From Cirrosporium novae-zelandiae (lineage: Eukaryota), in contig JAPETS010000033.1 of NCBI GenBank assembly GCA_026023565.1, positions 310,001-341,651 on the forward strand: a DNA stretch of 31,651 nt, written 5' to 3'. Below, piece by piece: positions 1 to 11,643 of the stretch; positions within the stretch are counted from its first letter, which is position 1, and each line of letters begins with the position of its first letter. Below the pieces are notes generated by a model. That model saw nothing but the letters and a program-made list of their open reading frames with translations. It was not told where the DNA came from and did not search any database. The translations under genes and the position numbers were made by a program.

Positions 1-1013
1 CTGGAAGACTGGCTGTCTCTGAGCTGGCCCGCTCCAAGGGGCTTAGAGTCATTCTTACAGGTAGGTGACCAACCTCTTCTTGTCATGGTTATTGTGGGAC
101 GGACTTTCGCAGTGAAAGATTTCCTAAGAACAAAAATTAACTTTGTCTCCTTTTCTCCACAGGTGAAGGATCCGACGAGCATTTCGCGGGTTACGACTAT
201 TTCCTCCCTGAAAGGCTTCGAGAGCCTGATCCTGCTTGGCCATATTTGCCTTTTTCCGACGACGATCTGCGCAAGGCTTTGTCAGTCAAGGACGAGAAAA
301 GTTTATTTGGACAAGCGGCTTCAACAGAGCCTCACACCGTTAATCGCATGCTGAACAACTCAGCCATAGCCAGCGGACTTTCTAGGTACACTCCAGCTCC
401 ATTCGCGCCTTGGACGAATTCTTTGCTTACGAGTACGACCGATATCGCGTTTGCCGAGGGACTGGACGGCATGGTCCGCGAAAAAATTGCAAATAAATGG
501 CATCCCCTCCATACCGCAGAGTACACCTGGGCCAAGTCCATTCTCCCTAACGTAATACTACGATACCTTGCGGATGGTCTTGATATGGTCTATCAAGTTG
601 AAAGTCGGCCACCATTCTTGGATCACTACTTCACCGAATATGCAAACAATCTACCGCCAAGCTTAAAGATTAAGTATGTTCCTGAAACTGGACGCTTTCA
701 CGAGAAGTACATTCTCCGAGAAGCTGTTAAGCCATTCATCACCGAAGAGGTTTACAGACGCAAGAAACAGCCGTTTAAAGGTCCAGCAAAGTATGCGCGT
801 AATGGACCAATACACAACCTTTTAATAAGACTCATCACAGAAGAGAATGTTAATCAGCTGGGTTTTATAGATTGGCTTGATGTACAAACCATAATGCATA
901 AGGCATTCCAGGAATATGATGGTCCATCTGTCAGACAGGCCATGTCTGTTGCACAATTTATTATTCTTGCACAACGATTCGGGGTCGAAAAACCTTTTTG
1001 TATGAGAAACTGA
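1..1013 (+). CDS. Asparagine synthetase B-like (ATP-dependent amidotransferase/lactam-synthetase family) protein, C-terminal part, 5'-truncated by the window
   Basis: Exon <1-60, intron 61-162 (GT...CAG), exon 163-1013. The spliced protein reads ...SKGLRVILTGEGSDEHFAGY..., the AsnB synthetase-domain (S/T)GEG(A/S)DE motif. It later has VESRPPFLDH and EKYILREAVKPFITEEVYRRKKQPF, typical of the AsnB C-terminal domain. Stop TGA at 1011-1013. Confidence 0.9.
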
Positions 1014-1705
1014 ATGGCGGGGCAGGATAGGGACTTGACAAAGTTAAGTCAGGGAATACGTGAAAGGAAATCACGTGGATAATGTGATCCAACATCACGT
1101 GGGGTGACTGTATGATCTGGAGGTCATACGGATAAGAGACAGATCATTACATCAGACAGATCAATGAGGAATTGATTGACCTAGGAATGACTATAAACAA
1201 CCTCCTCCATAATTCAGGACCTATGTAGTCAATTCAATTCATTGGTTTCAATAGCAGCCAATTGAACGAAGGTAATGCCTATAGGGCTTGTTGAGTTACG
1301 AGGTCTAGAATGAGAGGAAGATTGACTAGTAGTAACAATATTTGTCTTGACTTGAGTGTTGTGTTCTTTTAGTTAGGCTACAGTAATTTGTTGGAGGTGA
1401 AAAATATTACTCTGGCGTCTTGGCACTCCTTAGCCCATGGTTCTTACAACTCAACAGGGCTCACCTTGAGCAAAGCACCTCATATCTCACGTTGCATCCT
1501 CCCTTCTGTTGATTACTGGGAAACCTCTTACAACTAGGGCCTACCTAGCTCGGAACCCTAAGTTATTCAACACTTAGTTCGATGTCATGTCATAATGATT
1601 GAATTGTTAAGCAAAGGTAAAAAGCGATAGTCCCTTCCGTCACACTCATTTTGGCAATGAGATGCTAATGTTATCGCGTTATAGCTATATCTCTATGGTT
1701 ATTGC

Positions 1706-3051
1706 CTAGCCCTTGAACTCTCTCTGCCCCTTTAATGCCTGAGCCAATTGTTCTGGATACCACCTCCGCCCAACATCTGGATGACTTGTTAACCGCGCCG
1801 TAAAAATTCCCATTCCGGGACTCTGTAGGTGGTATTTGGCGAAAAATGCCTCCGCATCCGATTTCACTTTCTCATCCTTGACTAGATCTCTAATATGCGT
1901 GGGGAGCTTCAAGGACAACAAGTCTTCGTGGGTCAGATCTAGCTTCAACGTTTGAAACACTGGATAAGAAAACCGCGGTCCGAGCGGGTCTCCATTCGCA
2001 TCTACAAAATTTTCCGGCCTCAGGTTCACTCGATGGGTGGTCGCGGTGCACACGCCGCGAGTCATGGATTCCAATGAGCGGCCAACATTGACTACCAGCG
2101 TATCCGGGATAGGGGGCACAGGAATCCAAGCCCCCGATTTGTTCTGGGCCTCCAGGCCTGCATGTGATGTTGCTTGCAAAAGATAGGTGAGGAAACCGCC
2201 ATCTTTGTGAGGTCCAACACCCTGGAACTCACCACCGATGGTGATTTTTCCATTGACTCCATTGGTTCCATTGGTTGACGATAACAATGGTGGTGGAGGA
2301 TATTTGAGCAGCGACACTTTGTTCCGCGGCGGATCATTAAAGAATTTCGCCATGGCGGTCGGTTCTAGGTCCAGTGCTTCGGCGACTAGGACCGTCATTG
2401 CATCTCCCAGTTTGCTGATCTCGGAAAGATACGTTTCCAGCGCTTGACGAAACCCAGGAACGGCTTTTTCATCTGGCCACTATGGGAATATTCACATTGA
2501 TATTGACAATCAGTCTAACCCTAAAGACACTCCAGGCTGAACCAAAAGAGAATAACATGTTAGACATACCTGATTCGGGCCCTGAACATTGAGATATATT
2601 GACTCATCTGGACCTGGAGCGGGGAGCGGTGTGAGAAACTGGGCATCAAGTTAAGTCTAGTCATTGTATGCATATAAATACTACTGTGTAATGAAAATCG
2701 CTAACTTACATCAAACATTTCCCGATGGTCCATTTTTTGAGCCGTCCTTTCACACCCCATCCGCGAGTATCCTAGGAAATGCTTGCTCTTGATCATCTCA
2801 ATTTCTAGCTTTTTCTCCAGTGGCAAGTTACAGAGGTCCATCGATTTCTGTACAAAGGCTTTCCGAACTTCTGCCGAGATTGGTGTGTTTTTGAGATAGA
2901 AAAACCCAACAATGACTAAAGCCTCTCTAAGCTCTGATAAGAAAATGGGTTTTGTTGCTGGTGATTCAACGAGGGAAAAATCAAGCACTCGTATGGAGGT
3001 GAAGGTAGATAGAGTGCTTTCCACCTCGCAAGTCTCTGTCATTGTAGCCAT
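1706..3051 (-). CDS. 2-oxoglutarate/Fe(II)-dependent dioxygenase (isopenicillin N synthase-like, DIOX_N + 2OG-FeII_Oxy)
   Basis: Exons 3051-2710, 2638-2570, 2479-1706 with canonical GT-AG introns; start context gctaccATGG. N-terminal DIOX_N pattern (IRVLDFS...VGFFYLKN...SKHFLGYS, GPNQWP). Iron ligands in GPHKDGG (HxD) and ATTHRV (distal His); 2OG-binding RxS in PRFSYPVF. Confidence 0.92.
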
Positions 3052-4323
3052 GGTAGCAATCTTGGGATTGTTTGATATCAATAAAGAGTATGAATTGGTG
3101 TCTAGAGAAAAGGGGTTCAGAATAATTGTGTGGTTGGCTAGATATCCAGATATCTACTACATAGATAGACTAGACATGTTTAGTAGTGTCAATATATAAC
3201 CAGAGAGTGATAGTCATGTAACCATGATTTAGATCAGGGGTTAAGCAAAAGTACTGTACGTAAAAAGCAATCCAAAGATGAACCACGACAACGAAAACAA
3301 AGATTCACAGTTTCTTGTTTTTTGTCCAGCCCCTCGGTGCCTGGGATGATGGCGGCATTGCATGGCCAAATCAGCCCAGTGCGGAGGTCTGCTGCATAAT
3401 TCTCAGCAGCATTGGACAAGTATGTGGAGGCAATTCGAGGGATATTATCCTGATCCTGCTACTTGGAGTCTGGAACATGCGTGAGGTCCCAGCCAACATT
3501 GTCCCAAAGCACAGGATGATTGAAAGTTTTTAGATTCAACTTGACCATTGATAATTACTTTTTGTTGTGTTATTGCCGCAAGCTATTCAATAATCCATCT
3601 ATTAAGCTTTTGAACATGTTTATTATGCTATGCTGGAACAATATCAAATTATATGGTTATGAAGTAATACGAAGTGAGATGCGTGGCAAATTTCTAAGGG
3701 GAAGCCCTAGAAGACTGCGGTGGCGGTCTTGAAGAACAAGGTACGTGTAAGAGGAGAGCTAGTGTATGCAAGCAGAAATATAATATATTGAAGAGGTTGC
3801 TACCAAAGGATCCCTCTTACGAGAACCCACCAATATAGGAGTCGTTGGGTAGGGGGTTGGCGCAAGTCGGAACAACTATTTTCCGTACGTTGAGGTGGCA
3901 AGGTTCTATGCCTATTCCTTACAGCCCTGCAGCTTTGCACAACTTAACTTCAATCATATGATTATAGCTGATTAGGATTAGAAAATACGAATTATATTAC
4001 GAAAATAGGATTGCATATTAAATATATAAATAAAAAGTTCATTGTGCCAGGTTTTGGTGCAATATTTAGTGGTTGGGGTTCCATGCATGTTGCAGTGTCA
4101 CGAAAAAGCCGCCCAGGGGCGGGGAGCAATTCAGAGAATCGGGTCGGGAAGTATGCCCTGAATAACAACAGAGAGTTGGATTGGGAGTGCCCTGAATGTT
4201 AGAATAAAATGCGGGGAAACACAAAAAAGAAAAACATTAAGAGAAGTCTTACATTACTATAGACCCTATAGTTATGTTTCATATAATATGATATGCAGCA
4301 ATGGGATCTGTATCACGCTACCT

Positions 4324-4535
4324 CCGCTATTCGGAACGGTCCTTGATACGCGAACTCCAAGTAAATGAGACCTATCTTTTGCAATTGCTCCACCACGTGA
4401 AGCCTAACCCTAAACTCAACAAGGATTGGATCGAAGCAACGGATCTCATAGATAGATCGTGGCCGGACTGCGGGGCTGAGCCACGGGTTTCAAGCTCAGG
4501 CTGCAAGTCATCACTTGATAAAGCCGAAGCAACGG
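4324..4535. promoter_or_regulatory. Cluster of CCG-N5/6-CGG motifs (candidate Zn2Cys6 binding sites) in the divergent promoter
   Basis: CCG-CTATT-CGG 4324-4334; TCG-AAGCAA-CGG 4431-4442; CCG-GACTG-CGG 4463-4473; CTG-AGCCA-CGG 4476-4486; CCG-AAGCAA-CGG 4524-4535. The 11-mer CGAAGCAACGG occurs twice. Function is inferred only. Confidence 0.3.
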
Positions 4536-4769
4536 GATTTTTAAAAAGAAAAACTAGCCAACCAATGAAAGGAGACGTCTGGATCCATCATCCCCTCTTA
4601 GTGCAAACCTTAACAAGTTACCATCAACAATATGTATATCTTCACTACCTCTAAGTGGCAAATGTTTCCTCTGACGGTCCATCTTCAGCTGTATCTAGCA
4701 CGCCACCCTCGATCGTCGAAAGCAATATTCATGCCGTCTCCCTCTTAACCCTGAGCAAGATACATTTGA

Positions 4770-5200
4770 GCGTTTTTGATTCGGGACACGTTAGCAATCA
4801 TGTATAAGATGTGACCGCAAACCCCCTGCTGCATTTGAATATCATTTAAAATGCTCTACATTCTCAGCTTTGATGCAATATACCGATGTGGAAGGAGGGG
4901 TATTGTGCTTCGGAACAGGTTATGAACAATCCACGAGATGTGATTGAAAAATCCTTGTTGCAGTGGAATCTTTTGAAAACATCCTCTTCTCAATTCTGAC
5001 GCAATTCCGATGTGGAATGAGGGAGTTTCGATTCGGGATACCGTTATCCATATTGCATGAACTGTGACTGGAAATCCTTACTGCATTGAACTGTTTTTTT
5101 AAGATTTCTCGCCTTTTCAACCTTGATGCAGTATAATGATGTAGAATGAGGGGTATTTGATCCGGGACAGATTATTAATGATGTATGAGATGTTTGGACA
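4770..5200. repeat. Degenerate tandem repeat, ~123-129 bp unit, ~3.4 copies
   Basis: Anchor GA/CTTCGGGAC-like at 4778, 4907, 5030, 5159 (spacings 129, 123, 129). Anchor GATGT(G/A)GAA(G/T)GAGGG at 4885, 5009, 5138. Segments 4861-4904 and 5114-5157 match at 36/44 nt. Confidence 0.85.
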
Positions 5201-5333
5201 GCTTTCCATTTATTGAGCAGGATGAGGCCACATTTTCAACTACCCTCTATCATACATCATAAGAGACTCCTAGCAAAAGCAGCGCAAAAGACAAAGCAAA
5301 GCAAAGCAACCTTTTCTCTCTAAATTTTGCACC

Positions 5334-6576
5334 ATGGCTACCCAGGTTGAAACAGCCCCACCATCCACCTTGAAGACGCACGTCCATCCCCCTGAGACCA
5401 AGCTACAACGTGAGTTGGAGAGCTCCATCCGATGCGAGAAATACAACATCCTAACTTCAGTCTAGTCGAATATGCTGATATACCTATCCTTGACTTCAGT
5501 TGGTTTGACCTACCTGGGGGGAAGGAGAAGCTTACAGCACAGTTGAAAGAGGCCGTGGAGCAAACTGGTATGCTCGTCTCACTTTCTATGGTTTCCCTAG
5601 GAGAAATCCAAGAAAAGAGATAAAATGACGTAAAGACACTAACGTATCGTCAACAGGATTCTTTTACGTCGTCAACTTCGGTCTCTCTCAAGAACAAATT
5701 GACCGACAATTTTCCCTTGGAAAAAATATTCTCGAACTCCCCGAGGATGAGAAACTAAAGTACCGCGCCAAGCTAGAAAATGGAGATTACAATGGCTACC
5801 GACCCCTCGCGGCGATTGAGCAATTCCCCGGCCTGCGCGATAACTGGGAGTGCTATCATATCTTCAAGTTCATCCCGGAGCATCAGCGGCCACATCCTGC
5901 AGTGGTCCTCCAGAATTATGCTGAAATCGAAAACTTCCATCGCCATGTTCACCAGAATGTAGCATACAAAGTGCTCCGTCTTATTGCAAATGCCCTGGAG
6001 ATTCCTGAAGACTCCATGGTCAACAATCATCGCTACGAGGATAACTGTTCGTCCTTTCTACGCTATGTCAAGTACCACGCGCGCAGTCCCCAGACAAATG
6101 AGAAATTCCAAAACATCTACGTGCGGGGCCATACAGACTTTGGAAGCGTCACCTTTCTTTTCTCGCAGCCTATTGGAGGCTTGCAGCTACAAACGCGGGA
6201 TGGGTGTTGGAAAGACGTCAAACACATTCCCGGGAGTATTGTCGTGAATACCGCAGATATGTTACATTTCTGGACCCATGGATATCTGCAGAGCTGTGTA
6301 CACCGCGTGGTTGCGCCACCAGCAGACCAGGTCCATATGGACCGTTTCGGGCTGATCTACTTTCTGCGACCGAGTGACAAAACATGTCTGCAGTCGGTGG
6401 ATAGTCCGCTTCTTCGTCGATTGGGGATAAACGGGGAAAATGAGAGTGAGGATCTCAAGGCCAAGCGAGACGTCACGGTTGGAGAATGGGTCCCAATTCA
6501 AACCAAGAGAAACTGGACTCCGTTCAATGAGCAGGCTCAATCCAACAAAGAATTCCAGTCACTCTTCCGTTCGTGA
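5334..6576 (+). CDS. 2-oxoglutarate/Fe(II)-dependent dioxygenase (DIOX_N + 2OG-FeII_Oxy), second subfamily
   Basis: ATG 5334 (accATGG); exons 5334-5409, 5466-5567, 5657-6576. Motifs PPETKLQLEYADIPILDFS, QTGFFYVVNFG, GDYNGYRP, RGHTDFGSVTFLFSQP (HxD), SCVHRVVAPP (distal His), DRFGLIYFLRP. Confidence 0.92.
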
Positions 6577-7679
6577 AGAGGGGAATATGGGTGGTAGTAA
6601 CTCGCAGGACTAGGGGTTTAGGAAGATTACTCGACAGTTCCAGTGGTCTATCTATTCTACCTGGCAGCCGAGGAATTACTTACTGCCACCACCATTAGTC
6701 TCAGGCTATAACACTTTCAACTGGGTCTCAACAATGAAGCTGGGAGGCATAGCATTCAGATCCCTATCAAATCGTCTATGTGAGGGAATAGTTAGTCTAG
6801 TTGATTGAATTGAATAATTGTTGGGCTTGTTGCAAGCGTATCAGTAAATAACGTAACTGACCTAAAGTCGATCATTTTCACAAGTCAGTTGCTCCCAGCC
6901 CCAACCAACCCCTTATGCCAAGGACTAAATTTTGGTGAAATGACCAACTCCTAGTCGTTGTCCAACCCTAGGTCCGTTGCATTATCATAATTACGCCACT
7001 GTACTCCCCCTCCTTCTTACTACACGTGAGTCAAGTTTGATCTCAGTGACCGGTCTTACGAGCCGTTCCGCCAATATCATTGTTAGTGGGTGTTAGACTA
7101 CTGCCGGTTGTATGTGAAGCCGTAGTGTAAATTAAAGCTTAATGCAACTGAAGAATAAATTCTTGTAATACTATAATTTCACTTTGTTCCCTTCTGGCTC
7201 GCCTTGAGAAATTCTCGCTGAATGGAGTGTGGATTTCTAATTTTAGTTGATCAGGAGAACAACAAGCTCTCCGTAACCAGCAATAAATATTTTCTTATCT
7301 ATTGAATTCACAGGTATTATTAAACCATGTCTATATAGATGGATATTATATATGAACACCTCGTATACCTGTGGCCCTCTCACTCCTAACATGTCTCTTC
7401 AACCGTTTCTGCCCGTTTCTGCGTAACAACTTTTGTTTTTCTAAATGATGGTATGATCATGCTCTCGTTTACCCCGCACCCTCTTATCACAACCTACGTC
7501 TACCATTCTTTCAATTCTGCATATGTTTGTTTTTCCCCTAGTCTTATTTAAACGTCTGTTGCCGTAATGTTGTTAGTAGAACAGATTTACGTTGGTTTCC
7601 TACGGACCATCCTTCCTACGAATAATCTTCGCGACGGTAACAAAAAGGACCCGGCTGCTAAAGGCAGGGATCTAACAAA

Positions 7680-9624
7680 ATGAAATCACTCTCTGTACTT
7701 ACCAAGATCGATCTCTTCTTGCTGCCGCTATTACTTCTGGCCTCGTTTCTATTTGCTCTAGACAAAGTTAGTACTGCGGTATTCTCATTATTTCCCCGGA
7801 AATCCAACCAAGGCTAAACACTTCACATCCTCTTAAAAGTATATACTAATGGAGCAGTCGTTTGAACCAGAATGCCATGGCATACGCGGCCGTCCTTGGC
7901 ATGATCGATGACCTCGACCTTCGTGGCCAGGAGTACTCTTTGCTAGGTTCAGTCTTCTATTTGGGATACTTGTTGATGGAATTCCCTACGGCGTGGATCC
8001 TGACCCGATGGCCGATTGGCAAGTATGCCAGCGCCTTGATGATTCTGTGGGGAGGTTGTCTCTGCACGATGGCAGCATGCACCAGCTTCGCCGGCGCAGT
8101 CACCGTTCGTTTCTTCCTAGGCATTCTGGAAGCAGGAATACTGCCTGCGTGCATTGTGTTTACAGCCGAGTGGTATCGGCGCTCAGAGCAGCCTCTCCGA
8201 ACTGCATTATGGTTTTGTCCTTTTTCAGGAGTGAGTGAGACAAAGCCTAACGAATGAAGAAATCTCTTACGGTATCACAGATCTTTGGAGGCATTTTGGC
8301 TTATGCGATCGGACATATCCAAGCAGGGCTGGCAGTATGGAGGGTATGCAAGACAATGATCCCTATCTGCTTGTTCGTTGCACTTATAGCTAGATACGTA
8401 TCTAACCTGACACGGCTAGCTTCTGTTTTTGATCTATGGTGGAGCAACAATTGTTATCGGAATCATCCTCTGGCTAGCACTCCCGGACAGTTACGAGACT
8501 GCATGGTTCCTCTCCGATGAAGAATGCGAGGAGGCAAAACTCAGGACCATCGAAAACCAAACCGGGGTGGATATGAGGAAGGTGAGCCCTTGGATCATAT
8601 GACTGCCCGTGCCACGTTCCACTTCATATTGACATGTCTCGTACCAGGGATGGAAATCCGCCCATGTAGTCGAGACTCTGCGTGATCCTAAGTATTGGGT
8701 GATTGCTGTGTTTGGCATCTGTCAATCAATTACGAATGCTGGTATTATCAACGTAGGTCACTCCACACTATGAGGACCAACAAACACGGGATACATGAGA
8801 TTGCTGAAATATTGTCTACAGTTCAATCCTCTGATCCTGTCTGGATTCGGCTACTCGAGAGAAAAGACCGTGCTGCTGGCATCCCCTCAAGGGCTCGTTG
8901 CCCTCGTCGCTCAGATTGCTGCGTCGATAACGGCCCTATATACCCCGAACATACGCTGCATATTATGGTCCCTGTCCTGTATTCCGGCGCTTATCGGGGT
9001 CATCATGATACGAGGTTCGTTGAATCTCTCTCGCCAAAGCTTTCCTTGTTTGAACAACCTATATCTAACAATGTTCCAGTCATTGATGCAAATAAACATC
9101 GGATCACTGTTCTCATGGGGCTGTATCTGACCGGGTTTTACAATGTATCATGGGTTATGGCTATGAGTCTGATCTCCTCGAACGTAGCTGGCGCTACGAA
9201 AAAAAGTTTTGGATCAGTCTGTATGGCAATCTTTTACGGTATAGTAAATCTTTTCTTTTTCCTTCCTGAGACCTTGAGTTGACCATTTCTAACTCTTTGT
9301 AAAGCGGTGGGAAACATGATTGGTCCTCAATTTTTTCTCGACAGCCAGAAGCCTCATTACCAATCCGGGATTAGTGCTATGATCTCCTCCTTCTGCATTA
9401 TGGCAGCGTGCGGGATACTGTACCGGTGAGTATGGGCATTGCCCAATTTAACCCGATCGCCTACTTACATGAGTAATAGAGCGATTTGTATTTATCAGAA
9501 CAACGTTCGGGATACTTCACGCCGAGGATCAGACTCTCTATTATTATTAAACTCGTCTAATTCTGATATAATGAATGACGACAAAACAGATTTCGAGAAC
9601 CCCACCTTTCGCTACGTATATTGA
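7680..9624 (+). CDS. MFS transporter, allantoate permease (Dal5/ACS) family
   Basis: Nine exons in one open frame: 7680-7766, 7871-8230, 8281-8343, 8420-8581, 8648-8752, 8822-9014, 9080-9238, 9305-9425, 9480-9624. Family motifs KIDLFLLP..LDK, YSLLGSVFYLGYL, RFFLGILEAG, WYRRSEQPLR, SSNVAGATKK, GNMIGPQFF and C-terminal DKTDFENPTFRYVY. The N-terminus is unusually short, so the start is uncertain. Confidence 0.9.
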
Positions 9625-11643
9625 GTCTAGCTACTTAGTCTCAGACTTCCGAATGCATCTTTGATTAAGGTCTGATTTTTAGATTGAAATTTGATAAAGG
9701 TAGGGACGAGAATAGAAGAAAAAAGAAAAAAGAAAAAAAAAACATAGAAGGTTGAGATATGCGAGGCAAATATATTGTTTTCTGCTTTCCTGGGAATAGA
9801 ATGCCTGCTTTTGCATAGTCGAGATGTAATTACTAAGAAGTAATTCTCATATTTTTCTATTCATTCAGAAAGTGAATAATGTATTTAGGGTCAAATAGGT
9901 TTAACAGAAATCGCTACAACTCTACCCCTCTACCAAGCCTCTAGCCTAACGTTCTAACAAGTATGGGGTTTGAACAGTTCCATGCGCCGTACATGTTTAA
10001 CCTTAATAGTTGATTGAACCAAATGACGAATAGTCCCAGCTTGTAATGTTATCCAAGGGTTTCCCCGGACCGATGAGGGGATACTGTAAACCGAGCCCTA
10101 CTCATAATCAAAGTTCCTACTGATTAAATAATAAGTACCATGTGTTATAAGGCCAGCACTCAAGTCATAATCAATAACCTGAATACCTACCGAGTAGTAC
10201 ATCAAATCAACGACAAGGCACAGTAGTGCGGGGAACCATGACTCCTATCACGAGAGGGAAAAGAAAGAGCATGACTCATACCCATGAACCCTTTGTTCAT
10301 ATATCAAAAGAGTATAGAGAAAAATGGTCATGCACCAAAAAGCGGGGGCTGTTGGAGGCGTATATTGAAAGTTCGAAAGGGCTAGGGGTCATTCGCACAC
10401 CTGACATATATAATAGATATAATATATATCCAGGGTATAGATTAATAATATATGTACAGTACACCTCGTAAATCCGATAGATAATAAATCAATAAATATT
10501 CCATGGCTGGCTGAGGTTGTTGCTCATTTTGTTGTTCTCCTGATAGAGTTCAGATTTAAAGATCTAGAACTAAATTCATTCAACAGCAACCTTGCAGAAC
10601 CTAGTCTTCTCTTAACTAATTAGCAATCATCTGCTTCTTAGGGTCTGGCGCATAGAATACGGAGCAGCCAAAACCCTTGGATCCCGAGAAAGCCGTGCCG
10701 AAATTGAAGTTTGAGTTGAGGGCTACAGTACATTTTAGGGTTCACCCCAACAAAAAAGGCTGGCACAGCAAAACGGACCGATCTACTTACACTAAACTCT
10801 AACTTGATCACAGGATAATCTTCTTCAGAGCATGGTTGTGTGATGTATAAGACAATGATGACCTCACAAACTGAAACAGTCAGGTACCAGCAGAGTGGGC
10901 TCGTTAAGGTACCCCCGCGCATAGGGGGGAGCTTGCTACAATCCATAATCCTTTCAAAATTCATATTATCTTTAGTTATACATATTTTTGTTTTCGTACA
11001 AGCTTTCTGGTTCTGTTTTCTTTTTTTTCTCTCATCCCCCCTGTTAGATGTGGTATGCTAACATGAAAATGAAGGCTGGGGCGCATTAGTGCAACACGTG
11101 GATGCTCTACGGCCCGAATAAGAACCAACTGGGTTATGGCTGGCGGGAAGCAACCCACCACCAACTGCCATACCGTTGGGTGAATATATCTTAACTTGAA
11201 TTTTCCGATCCATGCGAGATACCGTAGTGGTTGGTGGTTATCTTGATGAGAATGTGGGTGTTGCGTTGGGCAAAGGGTCTCCTGACGCAAGGGGAGAACG
11301 CCTTTTGCACGACTCCTGATGGAAAGATTTTTAACGGCTGACAGATCTCTCAGATGTCTTGGAACCCTTAATATCTTCTTGGCTCCCGATTCATGGATCT
11401 ATGAGAGGATTGCCTTGAAAGATGCTGTGATGCCCTAAGGGCCTTGCCTATCAGGTGACCTCGCTTCTATGGTTAGCTTCTGCTTCCCGGATTGATCTTC
11501 AGCTTTCCACTTCTGTGCTACATCAGCGGATGTTATTTAGGGCCATGTTTACTGTTGCAATTTTAATGTGATGCTGGGTCACCGCCTTATTTCTATTCTT
11601 TCCGTGCTATCAGGCAGTAAAAGCAGATACAGGCCGACATCAA

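Noticed and set aside
1030..1500. Possible solo-LTR remnant (two TCACGTGG at 1071 and 1095, TATAAA, CAATTCAATTCA)
   Set aside because: I could not define TG...CA boundaries with a target-site duplication, and there is no second copy in the window.
4301..4654. 117-aa ORF in the divergent promoter
   Set aside because: No recognisable domain or splice structure; it overlaps putative regulatory motifs and is probably a chance ORF.
4394..11100. CACGTG E-boxes upstream of several cluster genes (4394, 7023, 11095)
   Set aside because: A 6-mer is expected several times by chance in 31 kb, and copies also occur in a convergent 3' region.
9630..11500. Short ORFs (10226-10471, 10638-10964, 10976-11290) between the permease and the amidase
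   Set aside because: No motifs and no coherent exon chain; treated as intergenic.
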